Position numbers and translations under genes: made by a program. Shown one piece after another: positions 51,869 through 63,115 of a DNA stretch of 64,000 nt. The DNA lies in NCBI GenBank assembly GCA_001949185.1, contig BDGG01000012.1:1418973-1482972 (forward strand). Reading direction: 5' to 3'. The notes below the pieces were generated by a model, which was not told the origin of the DNA, did not search any database, and saw only the letters and a program-made list of their open reading frames with translations. How positions within the stretch are numbered: position 1 is the first letter of the stretch; each line of letters starts with the position of its first letter. The DNA is from Ramazzottius varieornatus (lineage: Eukaryota; Animalia; Tardigrada).

Positions 51869-52705
51869 ATCAGAAACTTTTTAGTTTATCAAAACGTTTA
51901 CACTGAATGCTAGGAAAAAATAACCGGTAATCCAGCTTTCAGTCTTTTTTTTACTAACGGGAATATGTCAACGTTCATCAGAACTCGAAAAATAATAAAA
52001 ACATGATCATATTGTCGTGGAGTATGCAGCCAAAGGCCTTAGGATGGCACTTCATTTCGACGAACCAGACAGACGGTGCGAGTGCAGAGTGGCGACCTGT
52101 TGTGAAAGAATAGGGTTGGTTTATGTAGGAAATGTTGTTGGCTGGGGATGGTGGGTATCGGTCGAAGGCCATTGTTTTTGTGGAGTGTAGGACGAGGCTT
52201 CAGACAAGAGACGCGTAGAGAAGCGTGCTGGGGTTAAGAATGGCTCTTGGCAGATGAACAAACTGAAAGGACCATGATATGTATGCAAATGAGATATGTG
52301 CAGTAGGCCTATGAACGGTATCCCACACTTGGCTCAGATGGACGACCGTTTATTGCCCATTTGACTCTCATCTTGTAGACAGGTCCGCCATAACCGGAAG
52401 TCAGCATCAAGTACCTTCTCAAGTGGCGAGGGAAGGCTCGCTTGGATGCGAATCTATGTGAAGAACAGGTTGGTTGATTAGCAATGCGTATATTTCACGT
52501 GTTCGTACCCGTATCGATGACGCGCGCAAACTGTCGTGATCGGTTTTCCGTAGGTTCGAAACCGATGCCGCCACTGGTCACTGCGCGCACAGCCATACAG
52601 TAACAAACGGATCAGGAGACATATAATGTTGCAAACAGAGTGTCGGTAGAGACCCACGTTTCTCAGCATCACGTTTCATTACGGACCTGATGAGCCTTGT
52701 CGGTG

Positions 52706-52713
52706 TATAAATA
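52706..52713 (+). promoter_or_regulatory. Candidate TATA box for CBM14 gene 2
   Basis: TATAAATA about 120 bp upstream of ATG 52828. Confidence 0.45.
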
Positions 52714-52827
52714 CTTTGAAGGAGATTCTTCCTCCATCAAGTTTTGTTGTTGTAGTGTTCGAACAGTCAGCTCCTCTCACACATCAGTCGACTGTTCACC
52801 TGGACGCTCACTTTCTGGAATTCCATA

Positions 52828-54414
52828 ATGAGGTCCCTTCCGGCCATTCTTCTTTGCTCCTGTCTCCTGTTCATTGGGACAAATGCACAGGTAACGAAAT
52901 CATTCCATACTAATCTCTCTGCGCAACCTATTTCAACGAAGACCACCTGAGTAAAGGAAGTACTGTTCCATGTTCCAATGGGGCTTTTTTCCGTAGAGTC
53001 AGAAGAAGAGCCACCATCGGAGGTCCAAGTCGGAATCTAAGCGGGGTGACCATAACAGCGCTCGTCGGTCCGCTGCTTATAACCCGGAAGTACGACCGGA
53101 AGCAGCCTCGATGTATTTGAGGACTAGCGCTTCGTCCCCAGTTCCGGGTCCCCCACCGCAGAACCCGCTGGTCTGGGACGCTTTGGATATTCTCAGAGGT
53201 CGCCCACCGCTGACGGCTAAGGAAGCTATTGATGTGATGGCGTATGCCCAAGGCGGCAAGGATTATCCCGTTTATCTGGAAGTACCCAAGACCTACTTCT
53301 CCTGCGGGAATGCCAAGCCGGGTTCGTCCGCTCGTCTGTTTACCATTCTGATCTGAGCTCTTGACCGCGTATTTTGCCTATCAGGGTTCTATGCCGATCT
53401 GGATACATATTGTCAAGTATACCACCGCTGCGATATCGGAGGAAAACAGACGACTTACCTTTGCCCCACTAAAACTTTATTCAACCAAGTACAGTAATTC
53501 AAAAGTCCTTATACAATGAAAACAGTAATGATCTGCCGACAATAACTTCTCTAATAAGTACTTGTATTTCGTTACTTGCAGGTGACCCTTGTTTGTGACT
53601 GGTACGTAATATTTTCATTTCTCACAGTGAGTAGTGGTCAGTAATCCCGTTTTCCTTGCAATGACTTTTAGGTTCTACAACGTTAACTGCCAGAAGTAAG
53701 TGGTCTGATAGAAGAAAGAGCCCACTTCCGTCCGCCTTTCGGAATGGATTATTCCTGACAATAATCAGTAGTAGCTCGACCTACCTGTAATATTCTCATT
53801 CACAGCTCTCGCCAGTTCATCGAGTATTCGAACTCTCGTCTTTACTACCCACAGTGGCAACTATTGGACACACAGGTAATTCGGATCTCTGGTCTCTGAA
53901 ATGGGGTGACTTCGACAGCCATGTTTTGCAGGAAAACTACGTCCTGCCATTCCTTCAACAGGGCACGGTTCCTCAACTGCAGGGACCTCCACCTGTCCTG
54001 TATGGGCCCGGCAAACAACCACCCGGAAACCAAGCCTACACCCAAAACATCAATGGACATGAGAACCCAGACTATCAAATGTCGGTAGTCATCCGGAATC
54101 CGCAGATGGTCCCTGACTACAACATCGAGGAAAGCCGCAACAAGGAATACCTTGATCAAGGCTCGACAGTATCACTCCCCATGGAACAACCCATGGAAGT
54201 TCGCAGAGACCCTAGCCCGGAGCAGATGGCGCAGCAAGCCAGCGAACAAGCCTGGAGGCAGCAGTTCCGCCAAGGTCCCGAACCTGACAAACCCCCCGCA
54301 GCTCCAGCTCCTTCGGTGAATGTCACAGTGAGCCTGGGCGACTCACCATCGGCGCCTGTGGTCAAGATTTCCAACCAGCAAGCACCTTCCTATGCTCAAG
54401 AACAGACTGCTTGA
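52828..54414 (+). CDS. Secreted chitin-binding (CBM14) protein with Pro/Gln-rich tail; paralog of 43837-45512
   Basis: Signal peptide MRSLPAILLCSCLLFIGTNA; DYPVYLEVPKTYFSC..PG|FYADLDTYCQVYHRC..YLCPTKTLFNQ|VTLVCDW|FYNVNC; includes 20-nt and 24-nt microexons. Confidence 0.88.
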
Positions 54415-55075
54415 AATAATGAGAGTACGATCTACATAACCTTGTATATACCCTAATTTATACTGGAAATTAATATTTGACAGAAATGTTCTGCGGACAT
54501 TTTGAAAACATCCATGATTTTTCCTATTTTGAATCATGATCAGTAGAATATTTTGTCTGTATTTTCGACTGTGTTTTATAAATGACTGGGGAGACTTACC
54601 AATCAGATAATTACGATGCTGGTTTACGGGACTAGTGCAGACAGTCAACAAGTTCTCGGACGGCTGATCACGATTACGCTTCGATTATGCTCATTATACC
54701 GTCGCGCGGAACCTTTCGAAGCGTGATAGTCTTCGGCGATACAATTGTTACGTAATTCAAACAGTACTATCAGCTCACTCATTAAGATACTTCGCTTCGG
54801 TCGCTCGTGTCCCGGACATAATCTAGTTTCGATGATAGGCAGTTTTGCGGAAAGAGTAACAGCGTTGTGCAGTAAGGCTCGCTAGTAAACCAGTAAAACA
54901 TCAAAGAAAAACGTCCAGGGGTATTGGATGATGTTGTAAGAACAAAAGTAAATAATATATACCAAATAAATGCTGGTCAAAAAGACAGCAGTTTAGGAAC
55001 AAGGTTCAGCATGAGTACCGGCCGGCATTATACGGGAATGAGTTCACCAAACAGAAAACTTCGGCGAGTTGTCAC

Positions 55076-57660
55076 TTACAAGCGTTGACGCATTTCAGCC
55101 TGGATTTCATCGATGCGTTTTCCTTTGGTTTCCGGGACCTTCATGTAGGTATAGACAATGAAGCCCACCAAGCAGGTCGTGAAGATGAGGAAGGTGTACT
55201 CGTTCAGGTTGGATTCTATCAGCGGGAAGGTGAAGGTGATGATGAGAGTTGACAGCCAGTTGACACCGGCAACAACACTGGTGGCTGGAGCACGAGGACC
55301 TTGTGTGAACAGCTCTGAAGCCAAGAACCTACAAGCAAGAGACGTCATCACAATGAGTGGTCCGATCTTCTTACAAACTTAATGGTATCTTCCTACTTAC
55401 CAAGGGATGGGACCGGGACCGTACGCGAAGAAGACGACGAAGAGGATGACGGAAAAGACGCTGGCATAGCTGGCCCATTCCATCCCTTCGTTTATCATCA
55501 GCTTCATGAAAACGACCAGCAGGATTGTCGTGATGCACATGCCAATCAAACCAGCCAAGAGGAGAATACGACGTCCTAACTTGTCCACGACCAAGCAGGC
55601 AATTGTTGATGCCACCACGAAGATGGAACTCATCGCCACGGTGGCGTACTGCGCGTGAACACCGACCATTCCTGCACTGGTGAAGATGGCCGTCGAGTAG
55701 AACATGACAGCGTTGATGCCTGGAAAACATAACGAAGAAACTTAGAATGATATAGCACCTTTCGTTGTCAACAGTTTATTACCTGAAAACTGTTGGCTCA
55801 GCATGACCATGATACAAATCAACATGATACGGCGCAGGAAGCGGTCGCGGAAGATGTCCGTCATGGTTACTTTCGGTTGATCTCTGCTTTCTTCGTGCTC
55901 ACGCTTCATCTGGTCCATGTCCGCAGTGACATCTGACGTACGTTGGAAGAAGTCGAGAGCTTTGCGAGCGCCATCCACATCGTTGCGATTCAGGTACAGG
56001 TGGCGAGGGCTTTCTGGGCAGAAGGACAGTGTTAGAAGCTGCAAAGCGGCAGGCACCAAGCTGAAACCGAACAGGATGGGCCATAAGGTTTCGCTTCCCA
56101 GGATGAATGGTAGGCCCAAAATCTGCAAAGAAACACACCCAGTTACACATGGTAAACCTTAAGTTCAACCGTACGGCCGTCAAAAGTAGAAACCGAGCAT
56201 CTTCAGCAGTGAGCTTCCCTACCCACCAGCCACACTTGTATTAGGACAGCCATAATGTCAACAACACCGCCCGCCGAAATATGTTCATAAGTGAAACAAA
56301 TTTTGATGCATTTGGCTCGAGGGGATTATGCCTGTCCCCACCTCTTTTTGGTCAAACTGTTCTGACGGAACGAGAGAGGAGAGTCTCTTCTAGGACCTGA
56401 GCCAGTGAGCTAAATCCCGCGTCGATCCTGGAACAAACTACAGGGACTCGGAAGTGAAAGTCCATTGACCGCTCCAGTATGCCGCGATGACGTAAAGCTC
56501 TTTGATTGGGAGTGTGATTGAAGACANNNNNNNNNNNNNNNNNNNNNNNNNNNNNNNNNNNNNNNNNNNNNNNNNNNNNNNNNNNNNNNNNNNNNNNNNN
56601 NNNNNNNNNNNNNNNNNNNNNNNNNNNNNNNNNNNNNNNNNNNNNNNNNNNNNNNNNNNNNNNNNNNNNNNNNNNNNNNNNNNNNNNNNNNNNNNNNNNN
56701 NNNNNNNNNNNNNNNNNNNNNNNNNNNNNNNNNNNNNNNNNNNNNNNNNNNNNNNNNNNNNNNNNNNNNNNNNNNNNNNNNNNNNNNNNNNNNNNNNNNN
56801 NATCTGACGGACAGCTGATCGGCTGAATTGCAATTTGTTAAATCAACACTCCCAATCAAAGAGCTTTACGTCATCACGGCATACTGGAGCGGTCAATGGA
56901 CTTTCACTTCCGAGTCCCTGTAGTTTGTTCCAGGATCGACGCGGGATTTAGCTCACTGGCTCAGATCCTAGAAGAGACTCTCCTCTCTCGTTCCGTCAGG
57001 ACAGTTTGACCAAAAAGAGGTGGGGACAGGCATAATCCCCTCGTCAGTTTAAACGACACAACTTGCCTGTGAAATCAAGACACCAACAACGATGACCAGC
57101 TGATGAACAGAACCGATGGCTCCTCGAAGCGAAGCAGGAGCTATTTCCGTCAGGTACATAGGTGGAGCGCCAGAGTTGAGTCCAGCATTAAGCCCAATGA
57201 TAAATCGTCCAACGATCAGCAGCTCGTGCGACATCACGTAGTACGACAGCAGCATACAAACTGCTCCAGCAATGGCTGTCACGTTGTTGATGAGCATTGT
57301 TCCCTTCCGTCCAAAGCGATTGACGAAGAATGATAGAGACATGGCGGCAATGAGTGCTCCCAAGCAAAAGATGGCCGAGACCAGCGACCATAGCGTGTTG
57401 AGCATGGTATTGTCAGTGAACATGATCTTTCCGGCTGATGCCTCATCGTAGTACCTACACCATATGGTCGTAGAGTTTTCTTCTCCAGGAGGCGGCGGAG
57501 TGGTTTGGTAAGTACCGCCGTCTCTTTCACAGTGGACACGACGAATCCATTGCGCAACTATCACACGAGGAGCGTTGATGACACCGATGTTGTATCCGAA
57601 GAGGAAAGACGACAATGCCGCCGATAAGACAGCAAAAACCAGTGTTCCCGTCACCGCCAT
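55076..57660 (-). CDS. Facilitated glucose transporter (SLC2A/GLUT class I-like), paralog A
   Basis: Exons 57660-57067, 56122-55782, 55721-55401, 55328-55076. FLFGYNIGVINAP, NRFGRK, PMYLTEIAP, CPESPR, QQFSGINAV, GPGPIPW, PETKGK. Confidence 0.95.
56318..57043. mobile_element. Foldback/long-TIR element in GLUT-A intron 1, spanning the assembly gap
   Basis: About 200-bp near-perfect inverted repeats (56318 to about 56520 versus about 56841-57043; termini CGAGGGGATTATGCC...GGCATAATCCCCTCG). No clear TSD. Confidence 0.7.
56527..56801. other. Assembly gap (275 N)
   Basis: Run of N bases. Confidence 1.
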
Positions 57661-58118
57661 CTTGAAGCGTCTTCGGCCGGAGGCAGTTCTGGTTCTTCGG
57701 GAGTAGAAATGCTTCGAATGGCTATTTCCTCGTTGTGGTCAAGTGAGTGGAAGTCGAAAACAGCATAAAAAATCGATCCTTCTCATACATACCCCCCTGC
57801 CACGTCAGTCGCCCAGCTTCTTCGGCAATAAATGGTTCCAGACTTCTGCAGAAGATATAATACAGTAGTTCGTGCCTATCAGCAAACAGCCGCCATCAAA
57901 GAAGAAGGAAAGATTAGAGCAGTGCCAAGTCGAAGGAATTTGGAAGATATCGAAGCAAAATCTTGTTAGGCCATCTGCCGGCAGGCGGAAGCGAATCGAC
58001 GATCGAGCCCTGGTTTGGCACAGTGCCCGGTTCGATCTCTCACGGCTCGGGTTGGGCCGGTAAACGCGACAAACTCCGTACAGCAGCTCATCAGTACGCC
58101 TGGGAAACCCTTGCGAAA

Positions 58119-58350
58119 ACGTGGGCTGTGGGCAAGGTTCCTCAAAAGTCTGGGGTCGTAGCGTAGAGGCACAGCTGATGAAATTTGAGAAGGGCAAGGG
58201 AAGGTTTTGGGTTTTCTTAAAAATTCTCGGCCTCCACGTGGCAAGCCCCGACCCTACCCTTGGGATACCCTGTCCCCTGCCTAAATTTCCTCGACTATGC
58301 CTCTACGCCGTGACCCCAGACTTCTAAGGAACTTGCCAAGACTCCACGTA
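58119..58350. mobile_element. Older palindromic MITE-like element (about 230 bp) between the GLUT paralogs
   Basis: Left arm GGCAAGGTTCCTCAAAAGTCTGGGGTCGTAGCGTAGAGGCACAGCTGATGAAATTT matches the reverse complement of the right arm, GGCAAGTTCCTTAGAAGTCTGGGGTCACGGCGTAGAGGCATAGTCGAGGAAATTT. Confidence 0.75.
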
Positions 58351-58627
58351 ACGACTGCGGTCAAAGCGACGCATCGTTAAGTGCACGACGCGACAAAATA
58401 AGCTTTCAAAATAGGCGGAGCCACTTGAATACTCACGAGGAATCAAGATCAGTGTTAAGCCAGTACGCAAGTTTGATTCGCTGTGTCCAGCTGGTTCCAT
58501 TAACACCCATTTTTGAAAGCTCAGTTTGTCGTACACTTGTACGTACCCGTGACACCACGGATGTCTGCAGGGCAATCCCGTAACAATTAACCTGGCGTGA
58601 TGGACTTGGTAATCACTGATCAAAGAC

Positions 58628-60235
58628 TCAAAGGTGTTTCTTTAATTCTATCTGAATTTCGTCTATTGTTTTTCCTCTAGTTTCAGGCATCTTGACGAAC
58701 AGGAAGATGACGCACAACACTAGGAAGCCAGTGAAAAACAAGAAGGTGTATTCCCCGGTGGCCTTTTCTACCAAAGGGAAGCAGAAAGTTATCAGCAAAG
58801 CGGACGCCCAATTTACACCTGCAACGACGCACGTCGCGGAAGAACGTGCTCCAGCTGTGAACAACTCCGAAGACAAGAACCAAGGGACCTGCAGAACAAG
58901 ACGCCCGTCATATGAAAGAAGCGTAATTGACAGAAGAACAGTCATTTGCCATACCGGTCCGGGCGCGATCGCAAAGAAGATGACAAACATGAAGACGCTG
59001 ATCATGCTCAGGTAACTTGCCCACTCCGATCCATTCTCAGACAGGACCATGAAAATAACTAGCATGACTGTCGTTACAGCATCTCCGATTAAACCGCTAA
59101 GAAGCAACGGACGACGTCCAAACCGCTCGACCGCGAAGACTGCGACTATGGTGGCTAAAGTGAAGATCCCGCCCATTGCGACTGTCGCGTAAAGAGCTAC
59201 GATGGAGTCCATTCCGGCGCTCGTGAAGATCGAGGAAGAGTAGAACATGACGGCGTTGATGCCGGAGTACTGCTGGCTGAGCATGGCCACAATGCAAATT
59301 AGGATTGCTCGGCGGAGCAAACGGTCAGTAAAAAGGTTTGCAATGGTCACTTTAGGTTGGTGCTGCTGCACTTCGTATTCCTTCTCCATTGCACTCATCT
59401 CTTCCGTTGGTTCCTGCTTGAAGTATTCCAAAGCACGCCTGGCTCCTAATAGGTCGTTCTTGTTTAGGTACAAATGTCGAGGACTCTCCGGACAGAATGG
59501 CAAAGTGCATAGTTGAATTACGGAAATAATCAAGCTGAAACCAAACAGGAAGGACCATCCCTCGTGGGTTCCCAGAAATTGCGGAAGTCCCAAGATCTAC
59601 AAGGTAAGAGATCATAGGTCAAACTCCGAGTATATCGGAAACCCCAGTAGTGGTCTGCTTGCCTGAGAAATGAATAAGGCAAAAACGTTCCCCAGCGAGT
59701 GAACCGTTCCCACTGCTCCTCGTATCCGAGCATTGGAAATTTCAGTGAGGTACATAGGTGGAACTGCAGAATTCAGACCTGAGTTCAGCCCGATGATGAA
59801 TCTTCCAACAATAAGCAGTTCATAGGATGCAACATACAGGGACTCGATCATGCAGATAGACCCGACAATGGACGTAATGTTATTTAGCAGCAGAGTTCCG
59901 CGTCTTCCGAATCGGTTCACGAAGAAGGAAAGGAAGATGGCCGAGCAGAATGCGCCAAGACAAAATATGGCGGATATCAAGGACCATATGGTGTTGAGGT
60001 CGTCGTTTTCTTTGAACATAACATTGCTTGCGTTTTCGGCTTCGTAATGCCTGCACCAGATGTCCGTTGCATTTTCTTGATCGGCCACTCCCCCATTTCT
60101 TTCGCAGCGTACTTTTCGAATCCATTGCGCTACTACGACTCGAGGTGCGTTGATGACCCCAATATTGTAACCGAAGAGGAATGAGGAGAGGGTGGCTGAG
60201 AAGATGGCGAAGATTAGGCTGGATGGAAGTGCCAT
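58628..60235 (-). CDS. Facilitated glucose transporter (SLC2A/GLUT class I-like), paralog B
   Basis: Exons 60235-59663, 59596-58955, 58888-58628. Same motifs as paralog A (FLFGYNIGVINAP, CPESPR, QQYSGINAV, PGP|VPW, PETRGK). Confidence 0.95.
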
Positions 60236-61332
60236 TTGGATACCGTGCCCTCAACCCGGAAGTTGCATTCAGTATGGCCGAGTGCGTTGGTCGACAAGAT
60301 ACATCAGGGACAAATTGATACAAGAGGCACATATGTTGTTGTTGCATACCGTAAGTTAGCTCATCGGTAGGGCAGTTTTTCTTCCGGCAGAGCTTTGAAC
60401 TGGCTAGCAACAACATGGGAATATGGTATTAATCACATCGGGTGGGAATTTCTCACGCTGTCTTGTATCTCCGGAAACGCGGGAGATGAGCATAGATGGG
60501 CTTTTGCTGGACTTTCAAGAGTATTACAGATGGTTAATTATCGTTGGGTCGCCGAGCTTGATGAAGAGCTTTTCGGGTTGCAATACGTAGTCCTAACAAT
60601 AAAACACTGCGCTCGCAAATCAATGCTAACTTTTCCATGCGTCTTTTGATAACTTCTAAGACGCTTAGCCCGACCGAGGGTCGGACGATGTTGCTGACCA
60701 TGTGTCACAAGGTCGGTCGAAAATTAAGCATCGATCAAAGCATAATTGATGCATCCTTCTCACGGCGAGTTCTATAGTGTGGATGTACGACGACTGGTCA
60801 CCGTAATTACGTATTCAGCTAGGTCACGTCAGTTTCAAACGCTCTCAAAAATATGCAGGTTTTGACAAATGGACAAAGTCCGATCGGCAGATGTCTGTCT
60901 GAGAGGCTGCGGTATCTTTATTTTACTAGTTTACCGCATACAAGTGTATCACAACCGCAACACTCACCAGAAATGCCGTGATGGGCGGAACCGAGGGGAA
61001 CGGAAACCAGACGCTAAGTAACAGAACCAGGAAGCTGGCAACACGACTGCCCCATCCCCAAAAAAAGAAAAGCGAAAAGAGAACAAACATGTACAAACAG
61101 TTATCAGAATGAACATGAAGACTGCGATCACGAAACTTTGACAGGGAAAGGCCTGCTCATGAAAAATACCCTTTCCGCAGCGAGCAAGACCTTCTGCCGG
61201 AATCAGGCGAGCATCCTCCGGCTGATCTCCTGGGTGTGTAAGTTCCATGTATCACAAATCGTCTGGGAGAGGTTAGGCCGTCATCCAGGAGGGTCTTCGC
61301 AGCTCTCAGCGCTGGAAAGACACACCAGACGT

Positions 61333-63115
61333 TCATAGTTCTGAAATAAAAACCATTATTACCGTAGTGGAAACCTTACTTCGTAGCGTGGAGTCCTCAC
61401 CGCATCCTCCATAACCGCCCGACTTCCATTTGCTCCCGGAATACTTATCGTCTGAACTCTTCCAGTTTCTTGTAGGTGAGTAGGACACTCGAAAAGGATC
61501 GGCTTTGCCAGTAAAGCACCCGATTTCCTGCTCCTTATCCCGAACAATTCCTTCAAGCTTACATTCGTACTGCCTCATTTTCTCCACCATGCGACACACC
61601 TGCTTTTCGTAGTTGCTCTCCTTTAGTTTGTGGTCGACTTTCAACCTAGCAATCTTCTCTTCGAATTCCGATCTTATGTCTTCTCGCATTTTTTCAAACT
61701 CGCATTCATTCCGTCTACTGTTGCAGGCAGTCAGCTTCTCCATTTCTCTCCGATGCTGCTTCTCGGCTTCCACCATCTTTCCTTCGTACTCGCACCTTAG
61801 GGACCTCGTTAATTCGTGAAGAGTGGATTGCTGACTGCAAAGGTACAATCGATCAGATCCGGAAAAGTGAAAACTTAACTGAGACCTAGGCAAACAAACG
61901 CAACAAGTTTGATTTATTTAAGTGGCGCACGCTTCAAGCCAACAACACTGGACATATGCGCCACCTGGGAAACGAAGCCTGTCGAACTTCCCGAACTCCC
62001 AAACTTTTGTGCTTTTCAACCATTTATTCAGCGTTAGCATGCTCAAGTCTGGAACAAGACCCTTCTGACGAAACGTTACACTTACAGGGCAGCCTGCTCG
62101 GCGACCTCGCGTTCTGCCGCCTGCTTGCAGCGAACGGCGTTCTCCAGTTGGGATTCTGTCCTGGAGACTCGCTCTTCGATCTCATGGCACTTCCGCTCCT
62201 GACATTCTGCGTACTTCTTCATGCTTTCTAGTTCGCCCATCAGCTCTTCTACTCGTTTCTTGTACTCTCTTTTCGAGCTTTCGAGGTGGACCCTTTCCGA
62301 CTGGCTGGCGTTCTTGAACCGTGTAAGTTCCTGCTCAGCGTCTTTCAGAGCACACTGCATACGATTCCTTTCAGCTTCGTATTCCGCTAGCCGATGTTTG
62401 GAGTTCCGAAGTTCTTCCCTCATACACTTGATTTTGCTTTCCAGTTCTAGAAACATAGCACGAGATCACATTTCGTAACCTAAGGTTTTCAAATCAATAA
62501 CGAAGTGATGAACTATCCAAAACTCTAACTAACTCTGGGTTGATCAAGGAAGCTTCTCTGCAAATCCTTACCTGTTATTTTATCATGGTACGAGTTTTCC
62601 GAATTGCGCCACTCGGCTTTCTCTCGTTCATAGTCTGATGCTATATTCCGCGTCTTTGTATTGGCTTCTTCCAGACTGGTCCGCAAGAAGCTTTCCATGT
62701 TACAGTGTTCCATCTGTTGAGCACGGACCTTTTCCTCCTTCTCCGCCAGCAGTTGCTCGCGCCGCCTGGACTGCTCAGCCATGGCCGCCATTTCCTCGTT
62801 GGCTTGAAGGAGCGTGGACTGTATACAGGCAATCATCTTCTCGCAGTGACGTCGACGGCTCTGCTCCAGTTCGAGAGATTCTTGAATCCGCTCTACCACG
62901 CTTCCGTGTTGGTCAGGCGTAGCACCCCATGAGCGTCCGTTGCGGCCAGTGCTTAACTATGCAAAAATCTATTATAGCATAAAAAATCTAAGATATTGTG
63001 GGGTGAAAAGCGGTTAATTTAACATAATTATTTCTCTTACAGGTGTGTCACCTGGATCCGATCCAGTTCGACTTCTTCCGGAAAAGACGTGTCGTGGAGT
63101 CCAAGGCTTCGACAT
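61333..63115 (-). CDS. Uncharacterised long coiled-coil protein
   Basis: In-phase GT-AG exons from ATG 63115 (MSKPWTPRHV..) through E/K/R/Q-rich heptad ORFs at 62899-62571, 62450-62086 and 61834 to about 61380. The 3' end is unresolved. Confidence 0.7.
61881..62000. repeat. Intronic palindromic element family, copy 9 (coiled-coil gene intron 61835-62085)
   Basis: GGCAAACAAACG..TTAAGTGGCGCACGCTTC ... ATGCGCCACCTGGGAAACG..CCGAACTCCC. Confidence 0.8.

Noticed and set aside
52395-52450. Intergenic CTCAAGTGGCG within a small hairpin
   Set aside because: Half-site only with no matching arms. It would weaken the intron-only claim if it proved to be a true copy.
56410-56859. ORFs containing X runs
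   Set aside because: Artefacts of translating through the N gap.
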